NCBI GenBank assembly: GCA_037441085.1
Contig: JBBISV010000003.1
Coordinates: 695 to 64,694 of the forward strand
Length of the DNA: 64,000 nucleotides
From: Gammaproteobacteria bacterium
GTDB taxonomy: Bacteria; Pseudomonadota; Gammaproteobacteria; Steroidobacterales; Steroidobacteraceae
Reading direction: 5' to 3'
Shown: positions 62,148-64,000 of the stretch, in pieces
Layout of the letters: every line of letters starts with the position of its first letter
Numbering within the stretch: the stretch's first letter is position 1
Notes under the pieces: generated by a model
The model's input: the letters and a program-made list of their open reading frames with translations, nothing else
What the model was told of the DNA's origin: nothing
Database searches by the model: none
Made by a program: the position numbers and the translations under genes

Positions 62148-62702
62148 CTATTGTGGCTGATCAAATACGAGGCAAGTAGTGGTAGCGTGCGCATAGAGTT
62201 TGCCGTCCGGACCGATAAGGCGGCCTTCAGCGGTCGCGACCTGGCGGCCGCCATGGACCACCGCGCCTTCCGCCCGTACCAGCCGAACCGTGTCGGTAAG
62301 TGCACGGACAAGGTTGACCTTCAGTTCCAGGGTCGTGTAGGCCTTGCCAGGCGGAAGTGTGGAATGGACGGCGCATCCCATGGCGCTGTCGAGTATGGTC
62401 GCGAACCAGCCACCGTGCACGGTACCCATGGGATTGTAATGATCGGGGCTTGGGTGGCCCTGGAAGAGGGCGAACCCGTGATCGATGCGGAGCAACAGGA
62501 AGTCGAGCGTAACGGCCATCGGCGGGGGCGGAATCTCGCCGGCGAGCAGTGCCTGAAATACCTGCAATCCGGTGCGCCCGGCGATCTGTGCCGATGAGGC
62601 GACGCCGGCAGCCGCACAAGCGCGGGTGCGTATGTCCGCCTCCTCCGCGCGCCACAGGGCAATCGTCTCATCCGGGGTCGTACTGCCCGCTATTATTGTC
62701 AC
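62148..62702 (-). CDS. PaaI-family hotdog-fold thioesterase
   Basis: 184 aa with the family motif NPMGTVHGGWFATILDSAMGCAV followed by the TLELKVNLVRA and GRQVATAEGRL strands. Confidence 0.8.
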   Translation of the reverse strand: MTIIAGSTTPDETIALWRAEEADIRTRACAAAGVASSAQIAGRTGLQVFQALLAGEIPPPPMAVTLDFLLLRIDHGFALFQGHPSPDHYNPMGTVHGGWFATILDSAMGCAVHSTLPPGKAYTTLELKVNLVRALTDTVRLVRAEGAVVHGGRQVATAEGRLIGPDGKLYAHATTTCLVFDQPQ

Positions 62703-62817
62703 GAGTTCGGTCCCTCAATTTGTGCGCAAATCGCCGTGCTGGGCCGCCGACGATCTGCGCAGAATAGCACTGCACGGTCGCCGGCTCCGGTCGCCGCTTT
62801 CGACCATGCCTGATCAC

Positions 62818-63249
62818 TTATTCATTCATCGCGCGCGACAAAAAGGCCTGGTGTAGCCAGCGCGGTGTCGCCCATGTGAGGATCACGAGTGCCTTGTTCG
62901 CTCGTCCGGGCACCACGCTGATGCGTCCCGTCTGCAAGGCGCGAATCCCCGCGCGCACGACCGCGGCCGGTTGCATCATCAAGCGATGTAGCACGGGCGT
63001 GACCTTCTGCTTCGCCGCGGCCGCGAACCCCGTATCCGACATGCCCGGGCACAGCGTCGTGACGGTGATGCCGTCGCGTTTCAGTTCGCGATGAAGGGCT
63101 TCGCCAAGACGCAACACGTATGCCTTGGCGGCCGCGTAAACTGCGAAGTTTTGCGCGTATGCGCCGCAATTATCGAATCCTTTCGTGGATCTGCCCCTCA
63201 GAACCAGAGGCGGATGTCGGGTTACCGAAGGCCTAGAACCTGCTTGCAC
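62818..63249 (-). pseudogene. C-terminal fragment of a short-chain dehydrogenase/reductase
   Basis: Only the catalytic YAAAKAY motif and the downstream ITVTTLCPGMSDT region are present. No Rossmann TGxxxGxG N-terminus exists upstream in any frame. Confidence 0.5.
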
Positions 63250-63686
63250 GCCGCCGGCTTGCTCGGTACGTCGAGCTGGGCATCAGAAGCGCGTAGTACC
63301 TCCCATCAACCCACCCGGCCCCTGGGCGCCACAGTCCGCTGACGGCGCAGACCATCCGCATCTGGCGGAGCACTTCCCGTGCCCGGAGCGGCAGCTCATA
63401 CTGGGCTTGATCCTGAGCTAACTTCCGCAAGTGCGGCGCCCAGTTCCGCGGATCCCGGCCGGCGCGTCAATCCCACGTTCACGATACTGCCAAAGGCAAC
63501 TGGCGCCGTTCCGCCGCGCGTATTTACCGAGGCGAGGAATCCGAAGAGAAATCACGGCCGTGCGATCGCCGAGCCGTTCGAACCATGGTAGCCGCCGGAG
63601 CCGTCGGCGGTAGGCTGCCCTAAAGTTCCGCCGAGACCGGCCGACAACGGCGTCGTGGACCTTTGCTTTATGTCAAGGAGCGGACC

Positions 63687-64000
63687 ATGAACACGAGTGC
63701 AGTTTCCGGAAGTCAGGCACAGATCTATGCGGGCCCTACGAACCTCGCAGCCATCGGCGCTACGCGACGCAGCGGCCGCGGCGATGGCGACGGCGATCAT
63801 GGCAGCGAAGGTGGCGCTGCCGTCGCGGCAGGGGGTTCGACCCTGTTCAATAGTCTGTTGCAGGCTCTGACCCAGGCAGCCGGCCTGTCGCCCCCGACCG
63901 CGGCGGGTCCCAATCCGACCACTACCACCACCTCGCCGCCGACTTCGACAAGTACGGTGGCGGTCACGGTCGGCACCACGACACCGACCGATTCGACCAC
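63687..64000 (+). CDS. hypothetical protein, N-terminal part (runs off the window; absent from the supplied ORF track)
   Basis: ATG 63687 is preceded by AAGGAG with a 6-nt spacer. The frame is open for 104 codons to the window end (MNTSAVSGSQAQIYAGPTNLAAIGATRRSGRGDGDGDHGSEGG...PNPTTTTTSPPTSTSTVAVTVGTTTPTDST) and has a Thr/Pro-rich tract. Confidence 0.45.
   Translation, partial: MNTSAVSGSQAQIYAGPTNLAAIGATRRSGRGDGDGDHGSEGGAAVAAGGSTLFNSLLQALTQAAGLSPPTAAGPNPTTTTTSPPTSTSTVAVTVGTTTPTDST

Noticed and set aside
63233-63430. Minus-strand ORF with YELPLRAREVLRQM, reminiscent of the H-x-VPLS-x-A-x-x-L segment of P4-type tyrosine integrases
   Set aside because: The match is too short and degenerate. 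No catalytic R-H-R-Y region or neighbouring tRNA is present. It is kept only as a hint that the region may be an old integration scar.
63555-63595. tRNA-like GTTCGAA T-loop sequence (ccgttcgaaccatgg)
   Set aside because: The flanking bases do not form a T-stem, and no acceptor or anticodon arms can be drawn on either strand.

Overview
Very GC-rich, densely coding proteobacterial chromosomal window with about 50 genes. GC content was judged by eye and not computed. I saw no rRNA, tRNA, CRISPR array or intact mobile element. The window falls into five blocks. (1) 0-19 kb is lignin-type aromatic catabolism. It holds LysR and AraC regulators, an MDR oxidoreductase, a LigM/DesA-like tetrahydrofolate-dependent aryl O-demethylase, an acetoacetate-CoA ligase plus alpha/beta hydrolase pair and a TonB-dependent receptor. 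It also holds a six-gene operon (split PpsA/PpsB-like kinase, BCCP, biotin carboxylase, pyruvate-carboxylase-type carboxyltransferase, HAD phosphatase) matching the phosphorylation-dependent aryl methyl ketone carboxylation system for acetovanillone/4-hydroxyacetophenone. (2) 19-34.5 kb is an uninterrupted minus-strand efflux array. It contains MacA-MacB-NodT and a translationally coupled operon of BlaI repressor, M56 (BlaR1-like) protease, RND adaptor, RND pump, outer membrane factor and a P-type ATPase fused to a PAP2 phosphatase. A TACGAC-N4-GTCGTA palindrome sits at its promoter. (3) 34.5-40 kb holds an osmoprotectant-type ABC importer, an AtsA-like arylsulfatase and a TPR-sulfotransferase. 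(4) 40-59 kb is, in my reading, a sulfoquinovose locus and the most interesting part. It has a TonB-dependent receptor, a YihQ-like sulfoquinovosidase, GlpD, an MFS transporter, a secreted esterase and a GntR regulator. It has a complete-looking sulfo-Entner-Doudoroff enzyme set (SDR dehydrogenase, lactonase, mutarotase, IlvD/Edd dehydratase, HpcH aldolase). Divergently linked to that set are SuyAB-like sulfolactate sulfo-lyase genes plus two 2-hydroxyacid dehydrogenases. This implies full desulfonation in one locus, but no sulfolactaldehyde dehydrogenase is visible. (5) 59-64 kb holds hypotheticals, a PaiB-like gene, a thioesterase and decayed gene remnants. All functional calls rest on my reading of the translated ORFs and recalled family motifs. 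No searches were run.
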